Shown one piece after another: positions 9,501 through 18,831 of a stretch of DNA of 64,000 nt. How positions within the stretch are numbered: position 1 is the stretch's first letter; each line of letters begins with the position of its first letter. Source of the stretch: Myxococcota bacterium (GTDB lineage Bacteria; Myxococcota_A; UBA9042; PHBI01; JAWLBL01); assembly GCA_041687695.1 (NCBI GenBank), contig JAWLBL010000021.1:1-64000 (forward strand), written 5' to 3'. The translations under genes were made by a program, and so were the position numbers. The notes under the pieces are model-generated. The model was not told the origin of the DNA, searched no databases, and worked only from the letters and a program-made list of their open reading frames with translations.

Positions 9501-10091
9501 GGGTGCGGCGGCAGCTGCGGGTCGTGTCCGGCGGGCGAGAGCTGCAACGACGGCGTCTGCGAGGCGGGCAGCGCGTGCGGCGACGTGACCTACGAGGGCA
9601 AGTGCGAGGGCGACACCGTCGTGTGGTGCGAGGGCGGCGCGCTGCAGTCGTTCGACTGCGGGGCGGCGGGCGACGGCAAGGTGTGCGGCTTCAAGGCGGG
9701 GACCGGGTACACGTGCGTGCCGGCGGCCAGCTGCACGCCCAGCTGCGCGGGCAAGGCCTGCGGCGACGACGGGTGCGGCGGGTCCTGCGGCGGGTGCGCG
9801 GGCGGGACGACCTGCCAGGCGGGCCAGTGCGTGGCGGACCCGGTCGGGCCGGACGCGACGACGGGTGACGAGGACGCCGAGGTCGGCGACGACGTGGGGC
9901 CGGGCGAGGGCGAGGTCAAGGGCGGCGGGCAGGACGACGTCGGCCCGGGCACGCCGGATGTGGCGGCTGCCGCCGGCGGGGGCAGCCGGCCCAGCGGGTG
10001 CGCGGGCGGCGGCGCGGGCGCGGGCGGCGGGCTGCTGCTGGCCGCCGGGCTGGCGCTGATGGCCCTGGCGCGGCGGCGGCGGCAGGTCTGA
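6504..10091 (+). CDS. Agmatine/peptidyl-arginine deiminase family lipoprotein with Cys-rich repeats and a MYXO-CTERM-like tail
   Basis: Lipobox LSAC; WIRDFGP, FEGG, THTD and GAIHC; Cys-rich repeats; C-terminal SGC, hydrophobic stretch and RRRR; GGAGG RBS. Confidence 0.88.
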   Translation: MRLRHPSIPSVLPAIAALALALSACEAPEGPTATAPGAPAPTAPTTAPAEVWPKPMLPVHPLPGELSTGKEDAYDDYRLANPAVYNITAGPGTPVIPSPEFGPQKGLMISYTGSFPDVVAKIVQAANPVTTLYVVHDGNSAKTDFQSKMSQYGVSTAGVQYLNFKNDSIWIRDFGPISVYDADTGKVGLVDPRYYHQRIYDDAIPHKAGQAWGLNTFKMPVAFEGGTFMTDGNGTCFVTQGVLWYNGTSEANIRKYFREYVGCYQLVILNPLDGEGTTHTDMFAKMVDEDTVILGEYTSAQDAGNKALMDQNAAILGGVVLAGGKSVEVVRMPMPSNSNRTVWRTYVNSQLVNGVNMWPVYSDSTTYQAQAAAIWQQVLPDYAHVPIDTKGLIQWSGAIHCILMEVRDGGWSAFQTAPAQICSSSKCYPTSTGGNSGCGSVTVPGACASGQASWCDFGQVQTATCGAGQACGWDPDDGHYGCVDGSACVPSCGGKACGSDGCGGVCGTCAAGQVCSAGQCVSDGSCGDIGSVGCCEGSTLKYCNSQNSLSTQQCQSCGWDSNDGWYDCGYSGSDPTGQNPKACPGACTPQCGGKQCGSDGCGGSCGSCGAGETCSGGQCVSTCSPSCAGKQCGDDGCGGSCGSCGSGAVCEAGQCVSNCTPSCAGKECGDNGCGGSCGSCGSGEICDAGQCSTLSSNGCGTVSWEGNCTDGKVTYCDNGQLVSQTCQSGCCGWYPQDQYYWCYSAQYCGYCYNECQAGSKGCSAQGTHAWTCQSPSGDGGCTKRAWTFCAEGCDAATGSCKAPTCTPSCGGKTCGDDGCGGSCGTCAAGQACEAGQCVAECVPACDGKACGSDGCGGSCGACGAGQTCTDAGQCVDTCVPSCDGKQCGGDGCGGSCGACGAGQLCSGGQCVSSCQPDCQGKACGADGCGGTCGACPSGLICTDDGACVETCTASCAGKVCGGNGCGGSCGTCGEGEACEGGQCVAACVPACDGKSCGPDGCGGSCGSCPAGESCNDGVCEAGSACGDVTYEGKCEGDTVVWCEGGALQSFDCGAAGDGKVCGFKAGTGYTCVPAASCTPSCAGKACGDDGCGGSCGGCAGGTTCQAGQCVADPVGPDATTGDEDAEVGDDVGPGEGEVKGGGQDDVGPGTPDVAAAAGGGSRPSGCAGGGAGAGGGLLLAAGLALMALARRRRQV
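7810..9835 (+). repeat. Coding Cys-rich repeats: 11 x CxPxCxGKxCGxDGCGGxCGxC and 4 x CGx(5)GxCxG..(W/Y)C..CG(W/F)
   Basis: Counted in the translation of ORF 6405..10091. Confidence 0.9.
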
Positions 10092-10149
10092 GCTTGGCGC
10101 ACCGGAGGCCGGGGCCCCCCGATGGGAGGGCGCCGGCCGACCGGCGCGG

Positions 10150-11196
10150 TCAGGGGACGCTGCAGTCGAAGGCGGTCACCGGCGCGTCCGGCAGCAGGCC
10201 TTGGGTGTCGCCGATGCTCAGTAGCAGGCCGCCGCGGGTGAAGACCACGGCCTCCTGGTTGAACTGCTCGCCGTGGAAGGGCAGCTCGCTCACGGTGGCG
10301 GACGCCGGGCTGTCATAGCCGCGCACCTCCCACAGCTTCGCGTCGCTGTAGAGATTGCCGGCCACGACCATGCGGTGGGGCGGCTGCGGCTCGAAGCTGC
10401 AGCCTGACAGCCAGTCCGGCTGACCGACGCTGATGGTCTCGAGCGGGAGCACTCGGAGCCGCCCCTCGTCGTCGAAGGCCACGCAGTGCAGCAAGCCCTC
10501 GGCCTTGGCGACCGCGAAGCCGTCGCAGGGGGCGTCGCCCGGTGCCGGGTGCAGGCAGAGCCCCTCGTAGTTGGGGCCGCAGTTGACGCCCTTGGGCGGA
10601 CACTTGTCGTTGGGCAGCTGGTCGGGCGCGATGACCGTCGCCGGGCCCAGCGCCGTGAAGCTCTCGCCGCTCCACTGCCAGGCCCGCAGCCAGCCGGACG
10701 ACGTGAGGCCCAGGACGCGTCCGTCGGGCGCCAGGGAGAGCCCCTCTAGATCGTCGCTGGCGTCCTCATCCAAGGGCAGGACCAGTGACGTCACCGTCCA
10801 CGTGCCCTCCTGGACCATGACGGCCTTGCCTTGATGACCCGAGTCGCCGGCGACCAGGATCCGACCACTCGCCTCGAGGGGCAGGATCGTGGCTCCGCTG
10901 GCTTCGGGCACGGGAAGCGGAGGTACCACCTCGTCGACCGGCCGGCAGGTCTCGGCCAGCGTCGGCACCGGCGGCGGCGCAGTGTCCACCTCGGGCACGG
11001 CGTCGGGCACGGCGTCGGGCTCCGGCTCGTCGGGCTCGTCCGGCAGGTCGGCGGGGTCCAGGCCCGCGTCCTTGGGCGCCTCGGTCGGCGCCGGCGCCTC
11101 GTCCGCCTCTCGGCAGGCCCCGGCCGAGCCCGCCGCGAGGGCGAGCCCGACCGTCAGGGCGCGAGGCCAGGAGAGGTGTCGGCTGCGGAGTCGCAT
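10150..11196 (-). CDS. Hypothetical lipoprotein, probable beta-propeller
   Basis: Signal peptide with AGAC, an acidic linker, and repeated xEG/EA blade-like motifs (LEASG, DLEGL, NYEGL, NQEAV). Confidence 0.65.
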   Translation of the reverse strand: MRLRSRHLSWPRALTVGLALAAGSAGACREADEAPAPTEAPKDAGLDPADLPDEPDEPEPDAVPDAVPEVDTAPPPVPTLAETCRPVDEVVPPLPVPEASGATILPLEASGRILVAGDSGHQGKAVMVQEGTWTVTSLVLPLDEDASDDLEGLSLAPDGRVLGLTSSGWLRAWQWSGESFTALGPATVIAPDQLPNDKCPPKGVNCGPNYEGLCLHPAPGDAPCDGFAVAKAEGLLHCVAFDDEGRLRVLPLETISVGQPDWLSGCSFEPQPPHRMVVAGNLYSDAKLWEVRGYDSPASATVSELPFHGEQFNQEAVVFTRGGLLLSIGDTQGLLPDAPVTAFDCSVP

Positions 11197-11227
11197 GGCG
11201 GTCCCTCTCCCGCGAAAGTGACCGAGG

Positions 11228-12013
11228 TCACCCCTTGATCGTCACACCACTGGCCGTCAGGACCAGCTCCTGGCGCGTCCCGCTGACCTTGGCGGGGTCG
11301 CGGCCGCTGTCCTCCTCGATGTGCTTGACCTGGGCCTCGGTGAAGGTGCGGACCTTCAGGGTGCCCTCGATGACCGCGGCCTTGCCCTTGGAGTCGATGG
11401 GCACCGTGAAGCCGTAGTCCTTCATCAGGATGCGCGCTGTGGTCTCGCCGTCCTTGATCACGAACCAGCAGCCCTTCTTCTGGCACACCGCGTCGATGGT
11501 GCCGCTGACCTGGATCATCTTGTCGCCCAGCTCGGTCGCCTTGTCGGCGAAGGTCGCCAGCGGCGCGGCCTCGGTCAGGGTGAAGGCGCTGCCGAAGTGC
11601 TTGCCGCCGTCGGCGGTGGCCGCGCCCTCGCTGGGGACGACGCCGTGGCAGTTGGCGGCCGCGGGCGCGCCCTCGACCAGCTTGATGGGCTCGCCGGTCT
11701 CGGCGTTCATCTCGTGGTGCGGGCAGTCCTTGCCCGGCTGGGCGTACAGGCAACCGGATTCCTTGGCGGCCTCCGGGGGCTTGCTGGCCTCGGCGGCGGC
11801 GGGCTGGGCCTCGGCCTGCGCGGTCGGCGCAGCCTCGGCGGGCTTGGCTTCGGCGGGCTTGGCCTCGGGCTCGGTGGCCTCGGCGGGCTTGGCCTCGGCG
11901 GGGGCCTCGGCGACGGCCTTGGGCTCGGCCTCGGCCTTCTTGTCGCAGCCGGTGATGGCCAGGGCGCCCAGGGCGAGCCCCAGCACGAGCAGGTGTGCGG
12001 AACGCAGGATCAT
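11228..12013 (-). CDS. DUF4920 domain lipoprotein
   Basis: Lipobox ITGC, an AEAKP linker, then VCQKKGCW and KDYGFTVP motifs. Confidence 0.85.
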   Translation of the reverse strand: MILRSAHLLVLGLALGALAITGCDKKAEAEPKAVAEAPAEAKPAEATEPEAKPAEAKPAEAAPTAQAEAQPAAAEASKPPEAAKESGCLYAQPGKDCPHHEMNAETGEPIKLVEGAPAAANCHGVVPSEGAATADGGKHFGSAFTLTEAAPLATFADKATELGDKMIQVSGTIDAVCQKKGCWFVIKDGETTARILMKDYGFTVPIDSKGKAAVIEGTLKVRTFTEAQVKHIEEDSGRDPAKVSGTRQELVLTASGVTIKG

Positions 12014-12138
12014 GGTTCGACCTCGGAGCTTGCTGAGCGCGGCTGACCCGCCGCGAGGGCGAAGTCTGCGCGCCCGGGCTCGGCGCTGTCAACGATCGTT
12101 GGTCACCAGGGCCCCGCCGCGCTTATCCTGCCGCCCGC

Positions 12139-13242
12139 ATGGCCACCCCCGACCTAGACCCCGCCCGCACCCTCGCCCTGCGCGACGCCCTCGCCGCCTG
12201 GTACGCCGCCGCCCGCCGCCCCCTGCCCTGGCGCCTCGATCCGACCCCCTGGCGCGTGTGGGTCTCCGAGATCATGTGCCAGCAGACCCAGGTCGCCACC
12301 GTCGTCCCCTACTTCCACCGCTTCCTCGCCGCCTTCCCCGACGTCCGCGCCCTCGCCGCCGCCCCCGAGGCCGACGTCCTCGCCCTGTGGGCCGGCCTCG
12401 GCTACTACCGCCGCTGCCGCAACCTCCAGGCCGGCGCCCGCGAGGTCGTCGCCCGCCACCACGGCCGCATCCCCGCCGATCTCGACGCCCTGCTCGCTCT
12501 GCCCGGCGTCGGCCGCTACACCGCCGGCGCCATCGCCTCCATCGCCTTCGGCCTGCCCGCCCCCCTCGTCGACGGCAACGTCGCGCGCGTGCTGTCGCGC
12601 CTGTCCGCCCAGACCGAGCCCGTCGACTCGACCGCCGGCGCCCGCCTGCAGTGGGCCCTCGCCGAGGCCCTGCTCGACCCCCGCGCCCCCTCGCGCCACA
12701 ACCAGGCCCTGATGGAGCTCGGCGCCCTCGTCTGCACGCCCCGCGCCCCCCGCTGCGCCGACTGCCCGCTGGCCCCCGCCTGCGCCGCCCGCGCCCTCGG
12801 CGCCCCCGAGGCCTACCCGGTCAAGCGCCCCAAGCGCGCCCCCGCCGCCGTCCGCGCCGTCTGCGGCCTCGCCCGCCGCCCCGACGGCGCCGTCCTGCTC
12901 GCCCGCCGCCCCGACGACGCCCTGCTCGGCGGCCTGTGGGAGCTGCCCGGCGACGATCACCCGGCCGACACCCCCGCCCCGGCCGCCCTCGGCGCCGCCT
13001 TCCGCGCCCGCCTCGGCCTCTCGCCCGTCGTCGGCCCGCACCTGGCCGACGTCGACCACGTCTTCACCCACCGCCGGCTGCGCCTGTCGGTCCACGCGGT
13101 CGCCCTGCCCGACCCCGCCGCGCCCGCCCCGCCGCCCTCCTGGTACACCGATCTCCGCTGGGTCGCGCCCGACGCCCTGGCGTCCCTGCCCCTGTCGCGC
13201 CTGACCCAGAAGGTCCTGACCGCCACCGGAGTCCGCCCGTGA
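12139..13242 (+). CDS. mutY: A/G-specific adenine DNA glycosylase
   Basis: LPWR, VWVSEIMCQQTQV, WAGLGYY, HhH LPGVGRYTA, VDGNVARV, Fe-S motif CX6CX2CX5C and a C-terminal NUDIX-like domain. Confidence 0.97.
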   Translation: MATPDLDPARTLALRDALAAWYAAARRPLPWRLDPTPWRVWVSEIMCQQTQVATVVPYFHRFLAAFPDVRALAAAPEADVLALWAGLGYYRRCRNLQAGAREVVARHHGRIPADLDALLALPGVGRYTAGAIASIAFGLPAPLVDGNVARVLSRLSAQTEPVDSTAGARLQWALAEALLDPRAPSRHNQALMELGALVCTPRAPRCADCPLAPACAARALGAPEAYPVKRPKRAPAAVRAVCGLARRPDGAVLLARRPDDALLGGLWELPGDDHPADTPAPAALGAAFRARLGLSPVVGPHLADVDHVFTHRRLRLSVHAVALPDPAAPAPPPSWYTDLRWVAPDALASLPLSRLTQKVLTATGVRP

Positions 13243-14840
13243 CCGACCCCCGCGGCCCCGAGCCCGAGCTGGTCCGCGACGTCGCCGTCCCGCTCGGCGC
13301 CCCGCCCTCGCGCCTCGTCGCCCTGACCGCCGAAGCCCTGGGCGTCGCCCCCGAGGCGCTCGCCGAGGTGCGCCCGGTCAAGGTCTCGGTCGACGCCCGC
13401 GGCGCCGTCCCCAAGAAGGTCTACACCGTCGCCGTCTGGCGCGTCGGCGACCCGGTCCCGCCCGAGGACCTGCCCCGCCCCGAGCTGCCGCCCGACCTGC
13501 GGCCCCTGGTCCCCGGCGAGGCCCCCATCGTCGTCGGCACCGGCCCCGCCGGGCTGTGGGCCGCCCTGCGCTTCGTCGAGGCCGGCCAGCCCTGCGTCAT
13601 CCTGGACCGCGGCGGCGCCCTGCACCAGCGCCACCGCGCCGTGGTCGGCCTGCGCCGCTACGGCCGGCTCGACCCCGAGTCCAACCTGTGCTTCGGCGAG
13701 GGCGGCGCCGGCACCTACTCGGACGGCAAGCTCTACACCCGCGTCCGCGACCCGCGCGTCCGCCGCGTCTACGAGGACCTCGTCGCCTTCGGGGCCCAGC
13801 CCGAGATCCTGGTCGACGCCCACCCGCACGTCGGCACCAACCGCCTGGTGCGCGTGCTCGACGCCCTGCACGCCTTCCTGGCCCACGCCGGCTGCGAGTT
13901 CCGCTTCGGCGCTCGGGTCGACGGCCTGCTGCGCGCCCCCGACGGGCGCGTGCGCGGGGTGCGCCTGGCCGACGGCGACGAGCTCCCCGGCTCGGCGGTG
14001 GTCCTGGCGACCGGCCACTCGGCCCGCGACACCTACGAGTGGCTGCACGCGCTGGGCGTCCCCATGGCGCCCAAGGCCTTCGCCATCGGCGCCCGCTGCG
14101 AGCACCCGCAGGGGCTCATCGACGACATCCAGTACGGCCGCCATGCCGGCCACCCCGAGCTCGAGGCCGCCGCCTACGCCGTCACCGCGCAGGTCGGCCC
14201 GCGCGGCGTCTACTCGTTCTGCATGTGCCCCGGCGGCTTCGTCATCCCGACCCCCACCGAGACCGAGCATCTCAACGTCAACGGCATGTCCAACGCCAGC
14301 CGCGGCTCGCCCTTCGCCAACTCGGCGCTGGTGGTCACGGTCGAGCCCCAGGACTTCTGGATCGAGCGCCCCGGCGATCTCGCCCACCACGGCCCGCTGG
14401 CCGGTCTGGCCTTCCAGCGCCACATCGAGGCGACCGCCTACCTCGCCGGCGGCGGCGGCTACGTCGCGCCGGCCCAGCGCCTGACCGACTTCCTCGAGCG
14501 CCGCGCCGGCGCCCTGCCGCCCCGCACCAGCTACCGCCCGGGCCTGAGCGCGACCGAGCTGCGCGAGGTGCTGCCCGCGCGCATCACCGACCCGCTGGCC
14601 CGCGCGGTGCTGCGCTTCGAGCAGAAGATGCGCGGCTTCCTGACCGCCGAGGCCGTGCTCATCGGGGTCGAGACGACGACCTCGAGCCCGCTGCGCCTCC
14701 TACGCGACGAGGCCAGCCTGACCTCGCCGGGGTTCCCGGGGCTGTACCCGTGCGGCGAGGGCGCAGGTTACGCCGGCGGCATCGTGTCGAGCGCCATCGA
14801 GGGCCTGAAGATCGCCGAGGCCGTGCTGGCGGCCGGCTGA
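13239..14840 (+). CDS. FAD-dependent oxidoreductase (uncharacterised FAD-dependent dehydrogenase family)
   Basis: VGTGPAG, FGEGGAGTYSDGKL, ATGHSARD, YSFCMCPGG and GEGAGYAGGIVS; GTGA coupling to mutY. Confidence 0.92.
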   Translation: MTDPRGPEPELVRDVAVPLGAPPSRLVALTAEALGVAPEALAEVRPVKVSVDARGAVPKKVYTVAVWRVGDPVPPEDLPRPELPPDLRPLVPGEAPIVVGTGPAGLWAALRFVEAGQPCVILDRGGALHQRHRAVVGLRRYGRLDPESNLCFGEGGAGTYSDGKLYTRVRDPRVRRVYEDLVAFGAQPEILVDAHPHVGTNRLVRVLDALHAFLAHAGCEFRFGARVDGLLRAPDGRVRGVRLADGDELPGSAVVLATGHSARDTYEWLHALGVPMAPKAFAIGARCEHPQGLIDDIQYGRHAGHPELEAAAYAVTAQVGPRGVYSFCMCPGGFVIPTPTETEHLNVNGMSNASRGSPFANSALVVTVEPQDFWIERPGDLAHHGPLAGLAFQRHIEATAYLAGGGGYVAPAQRLTDFLERRAGALPPRTSYRPGLSATELREVLPARITDPLARAVLRFEQKMRGFLTAEAVLIGVETTTSSPLRLLRDEASLTSPGFPGLYPCGEGAGYAGGIVSSAIEGLKIAEAVLAAG

Positions 14841-14850
14841 GCGGCGCGGT

Positions 14851-15939
14851 TCAGGTGACGCAGACGCCGCGGATGACGCGCTGGGTGCCGCCGACCTCGA
14901 TGACGTCGCTGGCCGGGTCGTCGGGGTCGGCCTCGAGGCGGGTCAGGCGCTCGCCGTCGAGGGTGTAGGGGCCGTGCAGGCGCAGGCGGCGCGCCTCGCC
15001 GTACAGGACGCCCGGGTGGGGGGCGCCGACCAGCAGGCGCGGGATGGTGCCGACGACGCGGGCCTTGTCGGTCTCGAGCACGGCGACGGTGTTGAGGCGG
15101 CCGGGGGGCGCGGTGCGGCGGATGGTGCCGACCAGCCCCTTGAGCAGCAGCATCGGGACGGTGGTGGCGACGGCGGCGGTGTAGCGCGGGTGGACGATGT
15201 CGTCGACCACCAGGGGCGTGTCGGGGGCGTCGAGCAGGTGGCCGTAGCGGCGGTACAGCTCGGTCTGCAGGGTGATGCCGGCCGCGACCTCGTAGAAGAA
15301 GCGGGTGAGGCCGCGGTAGCCCTGGCCGAAGCGCTCGTACATGGTCAGGGCGTTGAGGACCAGCTCGCTGCCGAAGATGAAGCCGTGGCGCAGGCGGCCG
15401 CTGGGCTCGCGGACGCTGAGCAGGGGCACCCAGCGGGTGACGAGCTGCGCGAGCGGGGTGTCGCGCGAGGTGGCGAGGAAGCGGTCGAGGGTGCGGACGG
15501 GGTGGCCGCGGGTGTCGAAGGTGCGGGCGAGCATGTTCATGCCGCCGCCGTTGACGAACAGGAAGCTGGGCAGCGGCACGGGCGCGCCGAGGCGCTGGGA
15601 GGCCTGCTCGACGACCTCGAGGGTGGCGTTGACCGCGTGGTGGATGGTGCCGTCGCCGCCGTTGATGACGAGGACGTTGCAGCGGCGCTGGAACAGCAGG
15701 TAGCCCAGGCCCCAGGGCAGGTCGGCCAGCGAGGGGGTGGAGACGCAGGCGGCCGGATCGGGCATGCGGCGCGCGAGGCGGTCGTGGGCGACCGAGCGCC
15801 AGTTGGTGGCGGCCATCGGGTTGGACAGCATCCCGGGCCGGACCGGGGCGTCGGGGCGGCAGGCGTCGACGTAGGCGCGCACCTCGTCGTCGCGCGGGGG
15901 GCGGCGCTCGAAATCGGGCAGCTCGGACAGGCGGTGCAA
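14851..15939 (-). CDS. Diacylglycerol/sphingosine kinase family lipid kinase
   Basis: SNP, NGGDGT, GGGMNMLAR and TLDGE motifs. The start codon is uncertain. Confidence 0.8.
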   Translation of the reverse strand: MHRLSELPDFERRPPRDDEVRAYVDACRPDAPVRPGMLSNPMAATNWRSVAHDRLARRMPDPAACVSTPSLADLPWGLGYLLFQRRCNVLVINGGDGTIHHAVNATLEVVEQASQRLGAPVPLPSFLFVNGGGMNMLARTFDTRGHPVRTLDRFLATSRDTPLAQLVTRWVPLLSVREPSGRLRHGFIFGSELVLNALTMYERFGQGYRGLTRFFYEVAAGITLQTELYRRYGHLLDAPDTPLVVDDIVHPRYTAAVATTVPMLLLKGLVGTIRRTAPPGRLNTVAVLETDKARVVGTIPRLLVGAPHPGVLYGEARRLRLHGPYTLDGERLTRLEADPDDPASDVIEVGGTQRVIRGVCVT

Positions 15940-16016
15940 GCGGGTTCACCCCAGGGGTCGAGGGCGCGGAGCCTACCCGACGGCCCAGCCCAGGCAAACC
16001 CTCGGCGCGTCCGACG

Positions 16017-16631
16017 TCAGCGCGTCCGAAAGACGCGGTCCCACAGGGTCGTGCTGACGCCGAAGTTGAGGCCCTGCGCGCGCGGGTTGTGGTGGTGCGC
16101 GTTGTGGTGGGCGCGCAGGCGGCGGTAGCGGCGGCTGCGCGGGCGGCCGTGGTGCACGTAGTAGTGGGTCAGGTCGTAGTGGACGTAGCCGACGACCTTG
16201 CCGGCGAAGAGGGGCCAGACCCAGGCGGTGCCGCCGACCGCGCGGCCCAGGGCCCAGTACAGGCCGAAGAAGGCGACGCCGAGGGCCAGCGAGGCGGCCG
16301 GCGGCATCACCAGGCGCTGGGCGTCGAACGGGTAGTCGTGGTGGACGCCGTGCAGCAAGAAGTGCAGGCGGTCGCCCCAGGCGGCGCGCGGCCGCCAGTG
16401 GAAGACCACGCGGTGCAGCCAGTACTCGGTCAGCGACCAGACCACGAGGCCCGCCGCGAACAGGGCCAGGGCCGCGCCGGCCGACACGCCGACCTCCGTC
16501 AGCCCCCAGGCGAGCAGGCCGGCGGCCAGGGGCAGGTACAGGGTCGGGACGATCCACCAGGGCGCCTTCGAGAGCCGCTCGAGGAGCGGGGCCTCGAACA
16601 GGCGCACCGAGGCCTCGGGGTTGGAGGGCAT
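16017..16631 (-). CDS. Fatty acid hydroxylase/sterol desaturase family protein (FA2H-like)
   Basis: EYWLHRVVFH, LLHGVHHDYP, RLVMPP, YDLTHYYVHH, HNAHHH and NFGVSTTLWDRVFRT. Confidence 0.92.
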   Translation of the reverse strand: MPSNPEASVRLFEAPLLERLSKAPWWIVPTLYLPLAAGLLAWGLTEVGVSAGAALALFAAGLVVWSLTEYWLHRVVFHWRPRAAWGDRLHFLLHGVHHDYPFDAQRLVMPPAASLALGVAFFGLYWALGRAVGGTAWVWPLFAGKVVGYVHYDLTHYYVHHGRPRSRRYRRLRAHHNAHHHNPRAQGLNFGVSTTLWDRVFRTR

Positions 16632-16787
16632 GGGGCGGCGCTCCTGCGGCGCAGAGCTGCGCCGAGATCCGTGTTCGGGTGGGCGGGAGGTTCGCTCTTT
16701 GGATGCCACGAGCGCGCGCCGCTTGCACCCACCGGCCCCTTTTCTCGACGATGCGGTCGCGCCCGTCACTGGCCCCCGGAGCCCCCC

Positions 16788-17816
16788 ATGTCCCTTCGCT
16801 TCGCCGCCTCCCTCCTGACCCTCGCGGCCGCCCTGGCGCTGGGCGCCTGCTCGGCCGACCCGGCCGACCCGGCCGACGTCGCCGTCGACACCCAGCCCGA
16901 CGCTCAGGCCGACGCCAAGCCCGACACGGCCGAACCCGACGTCGTCGACGCGGACACGGCCGACGCCGACGCCGCCGAGCCCGACACGGCCGACGCCACC
17001 GTGCCCGACGCGGCCGACGCCGCCGCCGACACCAGCGAGCCCGACGCTTCCGAGCCGGTCACCACCGCCGCCGTACCGGGGGCCCTGTGCCCGCTGACCG
17101 AGCGCGTCGGCATCGTCGAGCTGTCCCGCTGGGGCGCGGGGAGCGCGCTCGCCGTCACCGCCTGGGTCGAGGTGGCTCCGAGCCCCTGGTACGGAGCCCC
17201 CGAGCTGTCGAGCGAGGCCTGCGACTTCCACCGCTTCGACCCCGGCTCGTGCGGCGTCTGCGCCCCCGGGACCACCTGCTCGATGGCCGACGCCCAGTGC
17301 GTCCCCATGCCCGCCCGCCGCACCGACCCCGTCCTGACCCTCTCCGCGGGCGCCGCCACCCAGTCCTTCACCGCCGACCCGGTGACCGGCGACCTGTGGG
17401 GCAACGTCACCCTGTCGGGCGAGACCTTCGCCGCCGAGCTGACCTTCGCCGGCCAGCGCGTCACCCTGAGCGACACCGCCGTCCCCGGCGACCTCGAGGC
17501 GCTGTCGGGCGCCATGGGCGGCACCTACGACCAGCCCAGCAGCGTCGACGTCACCTGGACCCCCACCACCGACGGCGCCGACGTCCACACCCTCATCCCC
17601 ATCAACCACCACGCCGCCGGCCCGACCTTCACGCGCTGCCGCGTGCCCGGCTCGGCCGGCCAGCTGCACGTCGACGGGCCCATGCTGACGCCGCTCGCCG
17701 TCATTACCGGCCTCGAGTTCCAGGGCGTCCAGCACGTCCGCTTCGCCGCCGCCGACACCCCGGCCGGCTGCGTCGAGCTGCGCTGGCTGACCCACCTGTA
17801 CACCAGCCTCGACTGA
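16788..17816 (+). CDS. Hypothetical lipoprotein
   Basis: Lipobox LGAC, an Asp/Ala-rich linker and a Cys-containing beta-rich domain; strong codon bias. Confidence 0.8.
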   Translation: MSLRFAASLLTLAAALALGACSADPADPADVAVDTQPDAQADAKPDTAEPDVVDADTADADAAEPDTADATVPDAADAAADTSEPDASEPVTTAAVPGALCPLTERVGIVELSRWGAGSALAVTAWVEVAPSPWYGAPELSSEACDFHRFDPGSCGVCAPGTTCSMADAQCVPMPARRTDPVLTLSAGAATQSFTADPVTGDLWGNVTLSGETFAAELTFAGQRVTLSDTAVPGDLEALSGAMGGTYDQPSSVDVTWTPTTDGADVHTLIPINHHAAGPTFTRCRVPGSAGQLHVDGPMLTPLAVITGLEFQGVQHVRFAAADTPAGCVELRWLTHLYTSLD

Positions 17817-17886
17817 CCCCGTCGGCGGCCGAGGCGTGGTCCCTCCGTCAGGGAGGGCCACGCTCTCGGCCGATCCCGCGAGGTGC

Positions 17887-18660
17887 TCAGGCCGTGGGGC
17901 CGACGTGCAGCGAGAAGGCGGCGCCCTGCGGGTCGGTGTACATGGCGATGCGGCCGCCGCCCGGGATGTCCATGGGCCCGACCATGAGCTGCGCGCCCCG
18001 CTCCTGGGCGGTCGCCATCGACGCGTCCAGGTCGACGACGTTGATGTAGTACATGAACGCCGACGGGCCGGGCATGTCGGGCGTCCTGTTCATCACGCCG
18101 CCGATGGCCGTGTCGCCGGGGCCGTACATCACGTACAGGCCCATCGGACCCATGTCCATGGCGTCGATCTTACGCCAGCCGAACAGCTGTGCGTAAAAGC
18201 GCAGGGCCGCCTCCCAGTCGGTCGTGTACAGCTCGTGCCAGACCATGTCGCCGGCCACGTCGGGGCCCTTGGGCTCGCTCATCCCCGGCTCGCTGCTCGA
18301 GAAGACGGCGATGGCGGCGCCCTGCGGGTCGGCGAGGATGGCGAAGCGGCCGACGCCGGGGATGTCCGTGCCGGGCACGAAGACGGTGGCGCCCAGCTCC
18401 TTGGCCTTGGCCAGGGTCGCGTCGACGTCCTCGACGCCGACGTAGCCGATCCAGTGGGGCGGGGCGCCCATGGCCTTGGCCTCTTCGCTGAGCAGCATGG
18501 CGCCGCCGATGGTCTTGCCGGCGGCGTTGACGAACATGGTGTAGTCCATGCCCGCGAAGGCCTCGGTCTTCCAGCCGGTGACGGCGGTGTAGAAGTCGAT
18601 GGCGGCCTTGGGGTCGGTCGTGACGAGATCGTACCAGACGAAGTGGCCGATTTGGCTCAT
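17887..18660 (-). CDS. Two-domain VOC (glyoxalase/bleomycin resistance) family protein
   Basis: Duplicated W.(D/E)L.TTD..AA..FY....GW and DIPG.GR.A...DPQGA motifs. Confidence 0.93.
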   Translation of the reverse strand: MSQIGHFVWYDLVTTDPKAAIDFYTAVTGWKTEAFAGMDYTMFVNAAGKTIGGAMLLSEEAKAMGAPPHWIGYVGVEDVDATLAKAKELGATVFVPGTDIPGVGRFAILADPQGAAIAVFSSSEPGMSEPKGPDVAGDMVWHELYTTDWEAALRFYAQLFGWRKIDAMDMGPMGLYVMYGPGDTAIGGVMNRTPDMPGPSAFMYYINVVDLDASMATAQERGAQLMVGPMDIPGGGRIAMYTDPQGAAFSLHVGPTA

Positions 18661-18831
18661 GGGGTCCTCGGGCGTTGCGTGGGGTAGTGTGGCGTGTCCC
18701 TTTCGGGTGACGGCACGCTGCCCCCTCGCCGGGCGTGTGTCAACGCGCCCTCCGGACCCCTAGGAAACTGGTGACCGAGGGCGCGCACCGACCCCGCCGG
18801 CCCGCGCCCCCGGGACTGCAAGCGTCTGGAA

